NCBI GenBank assembly: GCA_020536535.1
Contig: JAHLWZ010000615.1
Location: forward strand, 1-64,000
Origin: Pelomyxa schiedti
Lineage: Eukaryota > Protista > Evosea
DNA: 64,000 nt
Reading direction: 5' to 3'
Shown here: one piece after another, positions 13,601 through 26,354 of the stretch
Layout: every line of letters starts with the position of its first letter
How positions within the stretch are numbered: the stretch's first letter is position 1
The notes under the pieces: generated by a model
The model's database searches: none
What the model saw: the letters and a program-made list of their open reading frames with translations, nothing else
Told to the model about the DNA's origin: nothing
Made by a program: the position numbers and the translations under genes

Positions 13601-15397
13601 AAATGGGCACTAGGATGATGTAAGGCCAACCTTGGAAAAGTTACAGGCAGGAGGCATCAAAATTTGGATGCTCACAGGTGAGTCTCTCAGTCTAAATTTA
13701 ATTGCAATTCCCCTTTTTTAGGTGACAAAATCGAAACTGCCACATGCATTGCAGTCAGCGCCAGGCTGTTCAAGAGGGATCACAATATCACTACAATTGC
13801 AGCCAAAACAGAGGCAGAGTGTTTGTCACTTCTCGAGTCCTTTGAAGAAGACTCATGTCTTGTAATTGGTGTGCACAAGGCAGTGTGAAGTAATTAACTC
13901 GCTTTAGATGGAACTTCCTTGCAATGGTGCCTCACTAGTTTTACAAGGCAGTTTATGTGGGTGGCAACCCATGCACCTGCCGTAGTTTGTTGCAGGTGCT
14001 CCCCGACACAGAAGGTGCGACATATTTACATTATTTCTTCTTTTTATGTATCATAGGCTCAGATTGTGACGCTAATAAAACAATATACACATGCGATAAC
14101 TTGTGCAATCGGGGATGGAGGAAACGATGTCAGGTTATGCCCATCCAAATCAAAAGAGTTCATCTTCTGACTTATATAGCATGATAACTGCCGCTGATGT
14201 AGGGATTGGAATTGAAGGAAAAGAAGGAAAGCAAGCCTCCTTAGCAGCAGACTTTTCATTGACTCAGTTTTCCCACGTTCTCCCTCTTTTGCGTAAGTTA
14301 TGTGCCGGTTTGTATTGCCTCTTACTTGTTCCTCCATTGCATCAGTATGGCACGGCAGGAACTCCTACAAGAGGTCTGCCATGCTGGCCCAGTTTATCAT
14401 GCACAGAGGTTCGTTTGAGCAATTTGAATAACTCTAAGAAATGGTGCAGGGCTCATAATATCCTTTATCCAAGCTGTTTTTTCGTCTTTGTTCTTATTTG
14501 CGGCAATAGCCATATATCAAGGTACTAAACCCAACATATTTTAATCTCACATCTTGAAGGGTGGTTACTGGTTGGGTACTGGCATATTTCCAACTTGTTA
14601 CTCCTCTCAATACTGACAGGTACTCTACTATCTATACAATGATTCCTGTGTTTTCCCTTGTGCTGGATGAGGTTAGTATCGTATAATAGCACGCTGTTGT
14701 CTCAGTGTCAACCTAAAGGATGTTCCACCCACAGTAGCACTCACATTCGTGGAGCTGTATCACATCTTGCAGAAGGGAAGAATTCTTAGTCTCAAGACGT
14801 TTACAGAGTGGCTATTGATATCTCTTTTTCAGGTAAACCGCCTTTCCCACTTAATTTAACCTCTTAGTTATTTACTTGTAGGGTGGTATGATCATGATAG
14901 TTTCAATGCTACTTTTCGAGAGCAATTTCTTAAATATCGTATGACCTTCTTCTTGAGTCTTGAATTAATGATGAGCTCGTAGTCTGGAATAACATTCACG
15001 GTGCTCATACTCACAGAGCTCCTAAATATCGCCTTTGAAATACGAACCTGGAACTTGCTAATTGTTATTGGAGAGTTGCTCACCCTGGTTGTGTATATAG
15101 GCTCCATATTTGTGCTGCCAAATTATTTTGGTAACTGAACACTCCGATACAGGCAGCAGCAATCAACTAACCCCGAACCAAACACTAGATATCGGCTTCA
15201 TTCTAACGTGGAGCTACTGGTGGAAGGTGATGGTTGTCACCGCCTTTACATGCCTGCCCGTGTCACTATCCAAGTTGATATATAGACGCTGCAGGCCAAC
15301 CCTGGATACCAAGTTAGTCTCCCGCAGAGGCCCCAAGATGAACCTTCTCTTTGCGGAGCCCCTCTCGCCTCAAATATCTCTCCCCACTCTCCTGTGA
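10666..15397 (+). CDS. ATP9: P4-type phospholipid-transporting ATPase, class II (ATP9/Neo1), multi-exon
   Basis: [21 protein letters not shown] (phosphorylation site), [52 protein letters not shown]. Confidence 0.95.
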
Positions 15398-15517
15398 GGC
15401 AACTTACAGATTCTGTATTCGTTCTGGGAAAATAATAAAAAAAAAACCAACAACAAGTAAACGTAGAGAGCGCACCGGAAAAGCGACAAAAGCGAGTTGT
15501 AAGGTACGAGGAAAGGA

Positions 15518-16153
15518 ATGGCAGATCCACTAGAGGAGTTTACTTGCCCCATATGCCAGGACATATTCCGCGACCCAGTCACCACGCCGTGCTCCCACGA
15601 GTTTTGCCGCGAGTGTGTCACGAGGGGCCTAGCGGAGACCCATGGAAACTGCCCCATGTGCCGCGTCGCGTGCCCCGTTGCCCGCATACAATCCAACCGC
15701 GCGCGAGTGAAGCAACTGCAGACAACTACCGGCCAGTGCCGCAACCCAGGGTGCACCACGCGCGTAGCTCTGGCGACACTTGCGCAGCACGAGGCCGCGT
15801 GCCCGCGCCGAGTACGAGCTGCTGAAGCGGTTGCCAACTCTCACATTGCCGTTTCTGCGGACCCTAGCATTGTCAACCGCAGCACCTTCCGATGCCCGCT
15901 GTGCAATGCGGCTGATTTGACTTGCAAGCAGCTGGGAGAGCACTTGGAACGCACGCACAAGACTGTGAAGAAGTCCTCGGTGTGCCCTGTGTGCGCAGCA
16001 ATGCCGTGGGGCGACAAGTCTTACGTGTCAAAGGACTTTGTGGGACACTTCAAGTTGAGGCACAAGTTTGAGTATGACACGTATGCCGACTACAATCAGG
16101 GAGAAGATGCTGTTTTGAAGGAGGCTATAGCAAAATCCATGCAGGACTTTTGA
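15518..16153 (+). CDS. RING E3 ubiquitin ligase, RNF114/125/138/166 family; intronless
   Basis: C3HC4 RING (CPIC...CSHEFCREC...CPMCR), C2HC finger, NRSTFRCPLC, CPVCAAMPWGD, HFKLRHKFEYDTY, C-terminal UIM-like LKEAIAKSM. Confidence 0.9.
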   Translation: MADPLEEFTCPICQDIFRDPVTTPCSHEFCRECVTRGLAETHGNCPMCRVACPVARIQSNRARVKQLQTTTGQCRNPGCTTRVALATLAQHEAACPRRVRAAEAVANSHIAVSADPSIVNRSTFRCPLCNAADLTCKQLGEHLERTHKTVKKSSVCPVCAAMPWGDKSYVSKDFVGHFKLRHKFEYDTYADYNQGEDAVLKEAIAKSMQDF

Positions 16154-16456
16154 GGAAACAAACTTGGTTATTATTCCATCCCCCCCCACTAGAGTGTGTT
16201 GTTGTCTCACTCAATGTAGCTTTGGTGTGATAGAAGTAGAAAGCTGGCAAAACAAGAAAACCCCCAATGCACTTTAGTAAATGTGCTTTGTATAGTTTGA
16301 TAATAAAGTGTGACTTTCTTGAACCACTTCATACTGTTCCCTCTTTGAACCAAAAACCAAGCGTCGTTGAACACCCCAGATTTTCGAGAAAGCGGAAAAA
16401 CATTTCAAAAGAAAAAAAAACTGTTGAGAGGGTGAACGGAAGAGAAGAGGCACCCC

Positions 16457-19400
16457 ATGTCGAGGAACTTTGGTGCGCGGGGATTCCAGCGTAAGCACCG
16501 GTGCGTAGAGGTACACGTGGTGTCGGGGTCCGGGTTCCCACTGCCCGATACACTTCCCCATTTCACCTCGGCCCGCCCCCTAAGTACCACAACCAGCCAG
16601 CTTGTGAGCCCGCCCCCTCCATCAGTGTCGTCCTCGTCCACCGCGACCCCAGCGACCCCCGCAGCCCCCCCAACCACAACCACCACCACCACCGCCACTA
16701 CCCCGCAACCTCAGGGGCGGCCGCACAGCAGCTCTTTGAATTCTGTCACTATGTCACCGCTGAATTTGCCAGCTCTGCCGTCGCAGCCACCCCCGCCACC
16801 CCCGGGCCAGTGGGCCGAGAAGGACTACATCCCACCACCGCCCCCGCCGCTGCCCCCGGCCTCGCTGCCGCCGCCCCCGGCGTTGCCCCTGCCCCCCACG
16901 CCAGCCCCGCCTCCACCCGCACCCCCACCCCCGCCCCCGCCGTCGCCCCCGTTCGAGTCAGTGAGAACCAGGTGCAGCAGGCTGAGGACTGCCGAGGGAG
17001 CCAAGGTTATGGGAATCCACAAGAGCTCCTCCCTTATGTCACTGAATCCACCACAATCGCAATCACAGTCATCTGCGGCAACTGGAATTGGAACTTCGCA
17101 GCACCACTCACAGCAGCAGCTAGTGATTCCTCCCCCTCTTCCTGTGGTTTCACCGCCGGTCTTGAGGCCACCCAAGATGCCCGTTGGGTGCTATGTCCTG
17201 CTCAGTCGTAATGTCAATGAAAGGCACCCGACTACAGTGGCTAAAAACTTCTCTGCTTTACTTTGGTAGCTTAGCTTTGTTTGGGGTTTGCTATCTAACT
17301 TTCTTGGGTAGGGATGACCGCATTGTACTTGAAGGAGTTCGCGAAAGTGATGACATAGCACTTGCGTGCTGGTACACATGCAACTCCAATACACCAGATT
17401 TCTCAAAAACGACAGCAGCCACTACACCCGCTACACCAGCTAACACAACCCCAGCAAACACTTCACACACCATCACACCATCCCCAAATTGTGTTAATAG
17501 CGCAAATCAAGCACTCGAACCTGAAGATACTGATACTCTCGTTGCTCATGCCAACCTTACACCGAGAACTTTCATTTACACTCCGTCCTCTCAAATGGAT
17601 GTTCAATTAACTTGTGTTGCAAATACAACTAAGGAACACTCCATTAAAATTAGGTAGGTGGCTCACCCCTTTTTTATTATCTCCCCACAACCCTCCTAAC
17701 AAGTCCCAGTCTAATATTCAGGGCATTTGATCGTGTATTTGTTAAAGAAGGATGGATGATGAAATCAAGCAAAAACCAACGTTGGAAGACAATGTGGTTT
17801 ACCTTGTATAGCGCAACATTGACCTATTATAAAGGTAGAGGGAATCTATTGTAAAAAAAATGCATAGAGAATTATTCACTAGGATACGAAAAGGAGGCCC
17901 CTAAAGGAATAATAAAGCTGAACACTGAAAGTTTCCTAGAGTCACACAAATCAGCACATAAGAAATGCGGCCATTCGTTTTCTTTCATCATCCACACGCC
18001 AAGGAGAAGGTGAGGATTTCTGGTTTTAACACGATCATTTATCCCCAGAATAGTGTCTTCTTTCGATGCAGTGACCAAGCTGAATGTGATGAATGGGAAC
18101 AAGCTTTGAGTCAACATCTTGCTGCATACAGGTATGCAGACCAATCTATGGCTCCACCCTTATTCTTTAAGTCCTGGAGCAACTCACACTCAACTGTTCT
18201 GCGTTTCCCTTGAAGCATTAGTTCAACGCCCTGCAGAGCAAGCTGCACACAGTCACATTCCTTTACCAGTGAGTATCTTCGCCACTCCCAGTACCTAATC
18301 TCATCCCTTAGATACAAGCTATACTGCATGTATTGATGGAAGAGGGGCCAAAGGAAGAAGGCATCTTTCGAGTTCCAGGTTTGAAGAATCTCCTTTTTTT
18401 TTCATTCTAATGGCGCATAAGGTTTAAAAGACGAAATCGACAAATGTGTGAAGCTGCTAGATAAAGGGAAACCTATTCCTAGCACTACAAGTCCGCATTC
18501 TCTCGCTGGCCTCCTGAAACTTTTCCTAAGATCACTACCAGGTAGATTCCTTTCTAAAAAGTCCTCTCTTAGGCTTTACAGACCCACTTATACCAACTGC
18601 ACTTTCCACGGAGATTTCAGCCATATTTTCACTTACCTGTGTCCATGAAAAGAACTCGGAGATTGCCAGAATTCTAAACAAGTTCCCATTATCACATAAA
18701 GTTCTACTACTAGAAATTTCCAAGCTATGCAGCCGGTTTGTCTCCTCAGTTTTTTTTTTTTAATTTTTGGAACCAAATTCTAGAATCGCGCAGAGCCCCA
18801 GGACACAGATGACGTCACAAAATCTTGCAGTTGTAATAGGGCCTAACCTATCACGTGACAGCACTGACCACTCTGCAACAAGTGTTTTGAGCATGCTAAG
18901 AGGTGTAAGAACAAGCAGTTTATTATTCGAGTCGCTAGTTCAAAACTACGATGTTTGTAATCCAACACCTTTTCACACAAGTTCATATTCGCGTTTTCAT
19001 TTACATTCCATTATAGGACATTGTACACCCCCGTCCTCTTCAACCAGTATCCAGCTCACCCAAAAGGAACTATCGCCAAGCTAGAGTATCCCCAGATTCC
19101 AATCCACCAACCACCCTCTCTGATGAAAACTCGCCACAAACAACTCACACCAGTCCTTCCTCACAATCATCTGCACATGATGACAGTGCTGCCAGTGACC
19201 TTTGTGCTCTCTTCATGTATCACTCTCTTTTTGTTTCTGCTGTGTTCTCTAATTCTTACCTACTGACTCGGCACAGGTCACAAGCCAACGAAACTGGGCA
19301 AATGACTACAGCTCAATTTGCGGAATTCTTTGATCGTTTGTATGAAGTATCCACCACATTGGGAATGGACTACAAAGATAGGCGGAGTATAATAAAACTT

Positions 19401-19475
19401 GCTGTGGATTCATCAACCGGCACTGTTACAAAGGAAACTTTCATGCAACTTTGTATGAGCTTACTGATGGAATGA
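16457..19475 (+). CDS. Pro-rich N-terminus + PH + RhoGAP protein with possible C-terminal EF-hand pair
   Basis: PH: KEGWMMK...WFTL...FRCSDQAECDEW; GAP: EGIFRVPG, LLKLFLRSLP-PLIP, MTSQNLAVVIGPNL. Confidence 0.85.
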
Positions 19476-19538
19476 ACTCCATTAAAAAAAAAATAAGTTA
19501 TGTTTTGGAATGCTTTCCTATTCTTTTGTCACTTGTTT

Positions 19539-21677
19539 TTATGGTTGGGATGCGTCTGAGTGTGACGTTGACGTGGTAGTGGTTTGTGTTTGGTGTTCTT
19601 GATCACTTCCCTCGTTGTCGTCTTCATCACTGGAAGGTGCTTGGAAGGAGCAGCTTGTATTCTCCACAAGGTCAGGCTGTAGGAAGGCGTCTTGTTGGTG
19701 CTGGCTCTTTGAAGTGGATAGTGTGGAAATGGATGCTGAGTTGTGTGTGTGTTTTGGAAGCGGCCGCGTGTGCAACTTGAGTTGGGAAGGGCCATCAGAA
19801 AGTAAATCAGTCGGGTCAATTCGGAGACTATACAGCGGGAAGGTGCAGCCAGCAATAAAGTATAACAATTCTGGTTGTAAAAGAGTGTTTTCGAGTTCCT
19901 GAGGCAATATTCCCTGGGCTTCCCATTTTCTGAAGTGGCGACCAGTTAGAAAGATCGACAATGGGTACAAAATACCTGCATATGGCAATTAGACTTGACA
20001 GGGATACTTGATGTTCCATTTTGCTCTTGGTGCCCAGAGAAAAGAACCGCTGCTGAACTCCGGTTTCATTCACTGTTTCCTCCACGTCAACTTTTTCAGG
20101 GAATTGAATGCCCACAGAGGAATCAAACGTGCTTATTACGGTGTACATGGTAGTTGACTCAACTTCAAGGGAAAGGGTAACCCTCTTGCCAGTTGGATCA
20201 ATTGAGGCGGACTTAGCGCGTAGTTGGCCTGAGGGAAGCTTAAACGGCACAAATGTTACGTGTGGCTCCTTCTCATAATTCAAGAATGCCTTCTCCCCAT
20301 GCCTGGATTGGGTATTATGTGATGTTCGAGGGAGGACTAAATATGTACTTCAAAACTCTAAGGGAAGATTCCCCTAGAAGCTCAATCCCGGAGTTGTCCT
20401 CTTTGTAAATTGTGACTCTCCCTTCTGGTAACACATTGTTCGTGACATTTTTGATACGAATGGCGTGGTATGGGTGCGCCTTATCGACGGCCTTCATTGA
20501 TTAGATGTTAGACCCGAAGGAAAAAAATGAGCAAGGGCCACACAGGGTTGAAGTATAGAGTGGCAGTAGCAAATAAAACGAGGCTCTTAACAATGACACC
20601 AACGGATGAGTGAGGGGGAACAGTGAGTGTCAGAATTGCATTGCCACGCGCATCATCCAGAGATTCACGGGGAGGCATGAGAGTTACAGGTACACTATCC
20701 CAGTTTTCAGCAGAAGAGTTTGGAATCCACACCCATTCTATTGTACTTGATTATGAAGTTTGACTACCCATAACTGAATACGTTGAAGGGTAGCCTTGTC
20801 TCCCCCAGTGAGAATCAACTTGAAAGCAACTTTGAAGCCCTCGTCAACAATCGCATAATTGACAGCTAATTCACTAAAGTAAGAGTAAGAAAGCCGCTCT
20901 AAAAACACAGCCACCAGCACAACAGCCAGCCATACACAGAACCGAACAACACACATACACACACCAATACAGATACACATATGCATACATAGGCTTATTT
21001 GCCAGAGACACTATGCGTAACTCCCTAGCAGAGTGCTGGGCCACAACAGACACATCGTCGGGGCTCGGAGTAGACACAGATATGGTCTCAACGCACTTGT
21101 CGAACTGTGATTCCAGCGTGAACGGGATGCAGACCTCGGCCCCAGGGGCGAGGCTGCCGAGCCTGCGGATCACCAGCGTGCCGTCGTGATACGCCCGCAC
21201 CCCGACGATGGGCAGCGCCTCCGTGGCCCCGCCCGCCCCCAGGGCCCCGCCCCCCCCGTTCGGCTGGGTCACCCCTGGCGTGCGCTCCATCTTGCGCCGC
21301 TTCCCCAGCCCCGCTGCCAGTCCCTGCTGCTGTGCCTGTGCCTGTGGCTGGGGAGAAGCTGCGGCCGCGGTTGGGGCTTGCGGTTGGGCTGCTGCGAGTG
21401 CCGCGGCAGTGGTGGGTGGGGCTGTGGGCGTGGGCTTGGTGGCGCTTGTGGTGGTGCTGGTGGGGGTGGGCGCGGACTTGGGGAGGGACGAGGGCGCGGC
21501 TACAGATGTGGAAGGAGGGCTGGCGGGCTTGGAGTCTGGCTGGGGAGGTTGGGCTGTCGTGCTTGGGGGGGAAGTCGCAGGGGGATCTCGTTTCCCTGCG
21601 GCAGTAAGCGGCGGGCGCGAGGCCGGAGTCGACGCCACAGTCTCCTTCTTGCTGTCTGCACCCTGCTCCTGCGACAT
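19539..21677 (-). CDS. DUF4140/DUF4139-like protein with low-complexity N-terminus
   Basis: LPIVGVRAYHDG, IPNSSAENWDSVPVTL and IRIKNVTNNVLPEGRVTIY...LLGESSLR resemble DUF4139 motifs; GT-AG introns. Confidence 0.6.
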
Positions 21678-21847
21678 CACTTTCTTTTGTGTCTGTTTTT
21701 TAGTGTTTTCCTGGGAATCCTTCTTGCTGCAGAAGTCAAGCCGCCTGTATAGGCGCAACCTTTTTCTACTGCGTACCCACAAGGAGAGTCAACAACGTCC
21801 AAGAATCCTCCTGAGAAACATCGAATTTTATTGGTGGTAGTGCGCCG

Positions 21848-24308
21848 ATGTCGTCGACGGGTTCCAACCGACTCAGTGGCAGCAACAAGGGTCTTGGGCT
21901 GCCCATGGCTACCACGACCACGCCCAGGGGCCACTCCACATCCAACCCCCCGTTCCCAGACGGCACGGCCGCCACCGCCACCGCAGCCGCAGCGTCGACG
22001 ACGGCCTGCTGTCCCACGCCCCCCGCCACCACCTCGCCCTTCGCCAACGTCGTCAACACCGCCATCCTCGGACCCCCGGTGCACGCCACCCCTCCGCCGC
22101 CTCCTCCGCCCCAGCAGCCCCCGCCGCAGCCGCAGCCCCCTCCACCGCTGCCCCCCGCCATCCCCCCCACCACCAGCAGCAGCAGCACCAGCTCCTTCTC
22201 TCCACTGCAGGGCCCCAGCGTGGGGTGTGAGCCGTCTCCCTCGCTGCTCTCCATGTCTCTTCCCCCGGCGTTGCCGCCCCCAGGGGTGCCTCCTTGCTCG
22301 TCGCCCCCGCTATCGGCGCTGTCCGAGCGCTCTGGGAGGATATCCAGGCACCCCAAGTCCGCTTCGGCTGTAAATTTAATGAACATCCTCAAACAAGGTG
22401 TGCCGATTACATTACGCACACATTCCAAACAATGTGTTGTCTGTATTATGTGCCCAACTTATTGATATAGGGGATGCAAATGTAACCAACGCCTTGGGTG
22501 CGGCTTATGCCGCTGCTTTGGCTGGTGTTAGCACCAAGGACCAATCAACATCTTCTGCCATTCATACTCAGTCCACTCCTGTTATACCATCTTCCTTATC
22601 TTGCTCCCCCTCCCAGCCATCATCACTGTCCATTGCCACCACTCCCGTCGTCCTGCCCCTTCCACCTGACGTGAGCGAAGCGGATATTGTGGCAGCAATT
22701 AACTCGGCAAGAGAAAGCCCTAATTCCTTCTCTGGCAAACTACTTGAGGCTGTCAAATCCCAGACCGCTGGTAACTGGGAAAAAAACCTGCACTTTACAA
22801 CTGAATATGACTTGCAGATAAGCTACAACCCTTGAGTTTTCTGGGTATTTTCAAACCATTGCCTGAGGGCGTACCCCATGTTCGGGTCGCCCTTGAATTT
22901 TTGAGGGGTACTCCTCCAGTGCCCCCAGTCAAGCTATCTCAGCAGCTTTCCGATTTAGCAAAAGCCCGTGCAGCTGAATTTTTATCTCCGTCATCAGGTT
23001 TTTCCCATAGATAACCACTGAATCCCTAACAGCATTTTGAAGAATATTTATCCCCTAAAGAAGTTCAGTCTGTTGGTATTGTAAGAGTCCTACTTTAGTT
23101 TCGCTTGTCAAATTTCATGAGCTGACAGGGAGTGATGCTCACGCGATTATCGGTTGTCTCAGCTGTCAACCTTGTAATGCAGTGGGCTGTAGATGCTTCA
23201 AGCCCCAATTTTGAATCGCGTTCTGTACTATTCAATCCTTCCTATCAATATGTATTCGAATTGAAGTGTTATGATAAGTAACAATAACTGTATCTAGATC
23301 GGGTTTCACACTGGAAGATTCGGAAAAAACAATAACAATTTCATTGTTGTTTTATTTTCGAGTATTCCTCATGAAGTTTTCAAGTCGGTACTTATGGATT
23401 CTGCAGTTTTATCTGGTCGTCCCTTTCTCCTTCTCGTATTAAATCTCACTAAAGTGCAGACACGGACGCGGAATATAAATTGGATTTTGGTCAGGTGATG
23501 CCTCCAGGAGGAACAGTCTGTGCCGCCAAAATTGGAGACTCCAGAGTAGAACTGAGGTTTGAGTCTACTGTTAGCTTTAGCTTCCATTAATTCAGGAGCC
23601 AGATTTGACTGGCAGGAACTGTCTGCATTTCGTATTTTAGTGCTTCCTTTCCAAATTGATGCAAAAGGCATCCGTATTAAGTATGGAACATGCAATCCAA
23701 CTCAGAGTACTTACTCTCTAGATATTCAACTGAGGGTCGAGTCATTCTTTGGTGTGAAAAAGGCTCCATTACGGCTTCTTCAACTGAGGTAATGCAGTGA
23801 CCTTATTTCCTCGGGGCTGAGATAACATGGAGAAAAGGCACCCGTTACCAAATTATGGCAAGACACATTAGGACCTAACGTAGCACCAGCGGCACCAGAA
23901 CGCGTTCTTGTGACCACAGTTCAGAGCGGGAACCTTGAGGCTGTAGCAGTTCAAGTTTCTCCCTCAAGATACAAGACTTTAGTAATCGCCCAGTCCATTC
24001 AGCGGAACGGCCAGCCGGAGATTCTGTTCACGTTCAAGGTTCCTTCATCCTCCTAAATTCCCCCTAAAGTCACATTTTTTTCTCTGCAGCACGAAGCACC
24101 AGGCAGAGATGAAGACGGCGAATACATAGACACTGTAGAGTACAATGTAATCGTGAAACTTCCGTTTCCCATTCACCCGGACTGCACCAAAGTATCCGTG
24201 GTCAACGGCCAACTTGTGATCGGTGCGCAGATGAAGAAATCTCTCAGTTCAAGTGCCGTCAATGTTGGTTCCCTGAGAGAACCCATCCTTGGCGTATCTG
24301 TATTGTAA
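21848..24308 (+). CDS. CAP/SCP-domain protein with Pro-rich N-terminus and two C-terminal HSP20/alpha-crystallin-like segments
   Basis: IVAAINSARESPNSF...EG...ALEFLR...LSQQLSDLAK...LVMQWAVD...SRSVLFNPSYQYIG; later RILVLPFQIDAKGIRIKYSTEGRVIL and IVKLPFPIHPDCTKVSVVNGQLVI. Confidence 0.65.
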
Positions 24309-24669
24309 AAATAAAAGCACAGAAACTTTTCAAATTTTCTTTTTCTTTTCTATTCTATTTGGAGCAAATAAAAAAGGCAGGATGGCATCGTCGCCCGGCG
24401 CTGTCAGGTACATGCCAACTACAAGCATTTTCACAATCAAATAACCAACGTAGCCGTTGCCGTGATCTACTGACTGATTTTTGTGCAAGTGGGAAGGCGG
24501 AGAAACGGAAAGAGAAAGGCACAAAACACGTACGTTGTCGTCGCTTTTACGTTGTCGATTATTATACAATAACCTCTAAGCTAAAAATCTCTTCAATTAA
24601 CAACTATTTCGAACACAGACACAACACCAAGAGCAGGCAACCCCTGCTGACGCTAATAGAAAACCTGAT

Positions 24670-26289
24670 ATGCAAAAAACATCGTCAATTGAAGGTGACG
24701 CCTTGTCGAAGATGCTGGCGGCCGTTCATGTTCCAAGGATCAAGACTCCTGTTGCCACCGCCGTGCAGGAAGAACAGAACCAGGTGTTGATTGAGTTTTG
24801 AATCTGTTCCCGTACAAGGTGGTGCTTACTGGTTGTGCAGGCAAACGAGAACAGCAGAACCGTCAAAGGGCATGCTGTATCTACCCCCTCCACCCCGTCT
24901 GGAACTACAAGGAAAAAGACACGAGACGACGACGAAGAACAAGAACAAGAAAATAGAACCAGTGATGCTTGGAGTAATGCGCGTACCTGTAACAGTAAAA
25001 GTGGTGGCGAAACGATCAACAGCAATAGTTCACGGGGTGATCCCAGCAAAGCACCTCCTCATTCTTCCAGCTGGAATTCCAGTCGTCAAAGTGGGGATGG
25101 CTGTTTCACATGTGGGGCCCTTGGTCACCTTTCAAGAGAATGCCCCTCGGGGAAAGGCTGCTTTGCCTGCGGAGCCACTGGGCATTGGTCTCGCGAGTGT
25201 CCTAACAAAGGAGGGGTTCGCCCCCAGGGTGGTTCCACAATCGCAAGCAAAGGCACAGACGAGACCAGCAGCAGGTCAGAAGGAGGTACAAAGCGTACAT
25301 GCTACTGCTGTGGTGAAATGGGGCACAATGCGGCCGAGTGCCCGAGGAGGGCGGGAGGAAGCGCCAGGAGCGGCGGCTGCTTCATATGCTCCAAAATCGG
25401 GCATATTTCGCGGGACTGCCCCTCCAGGAGCATGGGTGCCACCTCTGCCCCCCAAAGGAGTAATGAGAACCCATCGCCATCAAAGAACTCAGGCTCGCGG
25501 GGGTACAGCAGCCCGGTTGATAGTTTGACTAGCCCTGGGGTGGAAACGCGGAGCTCCCCAACGAAACCCCTTCAGCCAATTCTCAAGAACTCCTCGGTTA
25601 CATTACCACAGAGCACGTGGACTGTATCATGTAAGGCTATGGAGAGCCCTGTGCCACCACCAGCACAGCCGGTTTCAGCTCCACAAACTCCTCCCGCCAC
25701 GCAGTGGAACCCCCCTCCCATTCCTTCATACAATCCAAGTTTCTCAAATGATTCCAGTACTGTGTGGGGGCCTGGCCCACAGCAAAGTAGCTCCACCATG
25801 TATATTCCACCACCAAGCAACGCGTACATTCCTCCGGCTCAATCTACAACAAACGAGTGGCTAGGCCAAAACCAAATGGGGTTCCCGCCTGCACAGCACC
25901 CTCCCCCTGCCTATGCAGGAACAGCAACATTTTCAAGCAGCAGAGGAGCAAGCGAACACGATTTCAGTTCCCGCACTGTTCCGGCTGTCCCTCCTACCAA
26001 AACTAGCACGTGCTTTGCTTGCAACCAGCCTGGTCACTTCGCACGCCAGTGCCCGCGGAACTCCCTCAGACCCGTGCGGTACCGCTCGCGATCGCGCTCC
26101 CGCTCCCGGTCTCCCCCTCGTCGGCATTCTCCCTCACCCTCACGCTTCCGCCCACGTTCACCCCTACGGCGTCGCTCCAGGTCGCGGTCTCGCTCGCGTT
26201 CACCCCCACGGCCAACGATCGCTCTTCGGGAAAGGGAAAGACTGAACCCAGAGTGGGGCGTTTCCCGTCCCTACTACGAGAACACTTAA
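24670..26289 (+). CDS. CCHC zinc-knuckle RNA-binding protein with C-terminal RS domain (intron 24784-24840)
   Basis: Five CX2CX4HX4C knuckles and RSRSRSRS repeats. Confidence 0.85.
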
Positions 26290-26354
26290 ATGGCAGGATG
26301 TGGTGATGACACCCCAAATGTTTTTGTAATTGAAAGATAAATGTTTTTGTTTGT

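Noticed and set aside
3486-15397. Stop-codon reassignment or pseudogenisation, suggested by fragmented ORFs
   Set aside because: The interruptions I checked are explained by short GT(GC)-AG introns that restore conserved frames
21186-22428. Multiple long overlapping or antisense ORFs (also at 52306-53160 and 59416-59928)
   Set aside because: Expected shadow ORFs in stop-poor GC-rich first exons
24835-26289. Retroelement Gag, suggested by the CCHC knuckles
   Set aside because: No protease, RT or integrase, no LTRs; it has an intron and an RS tail
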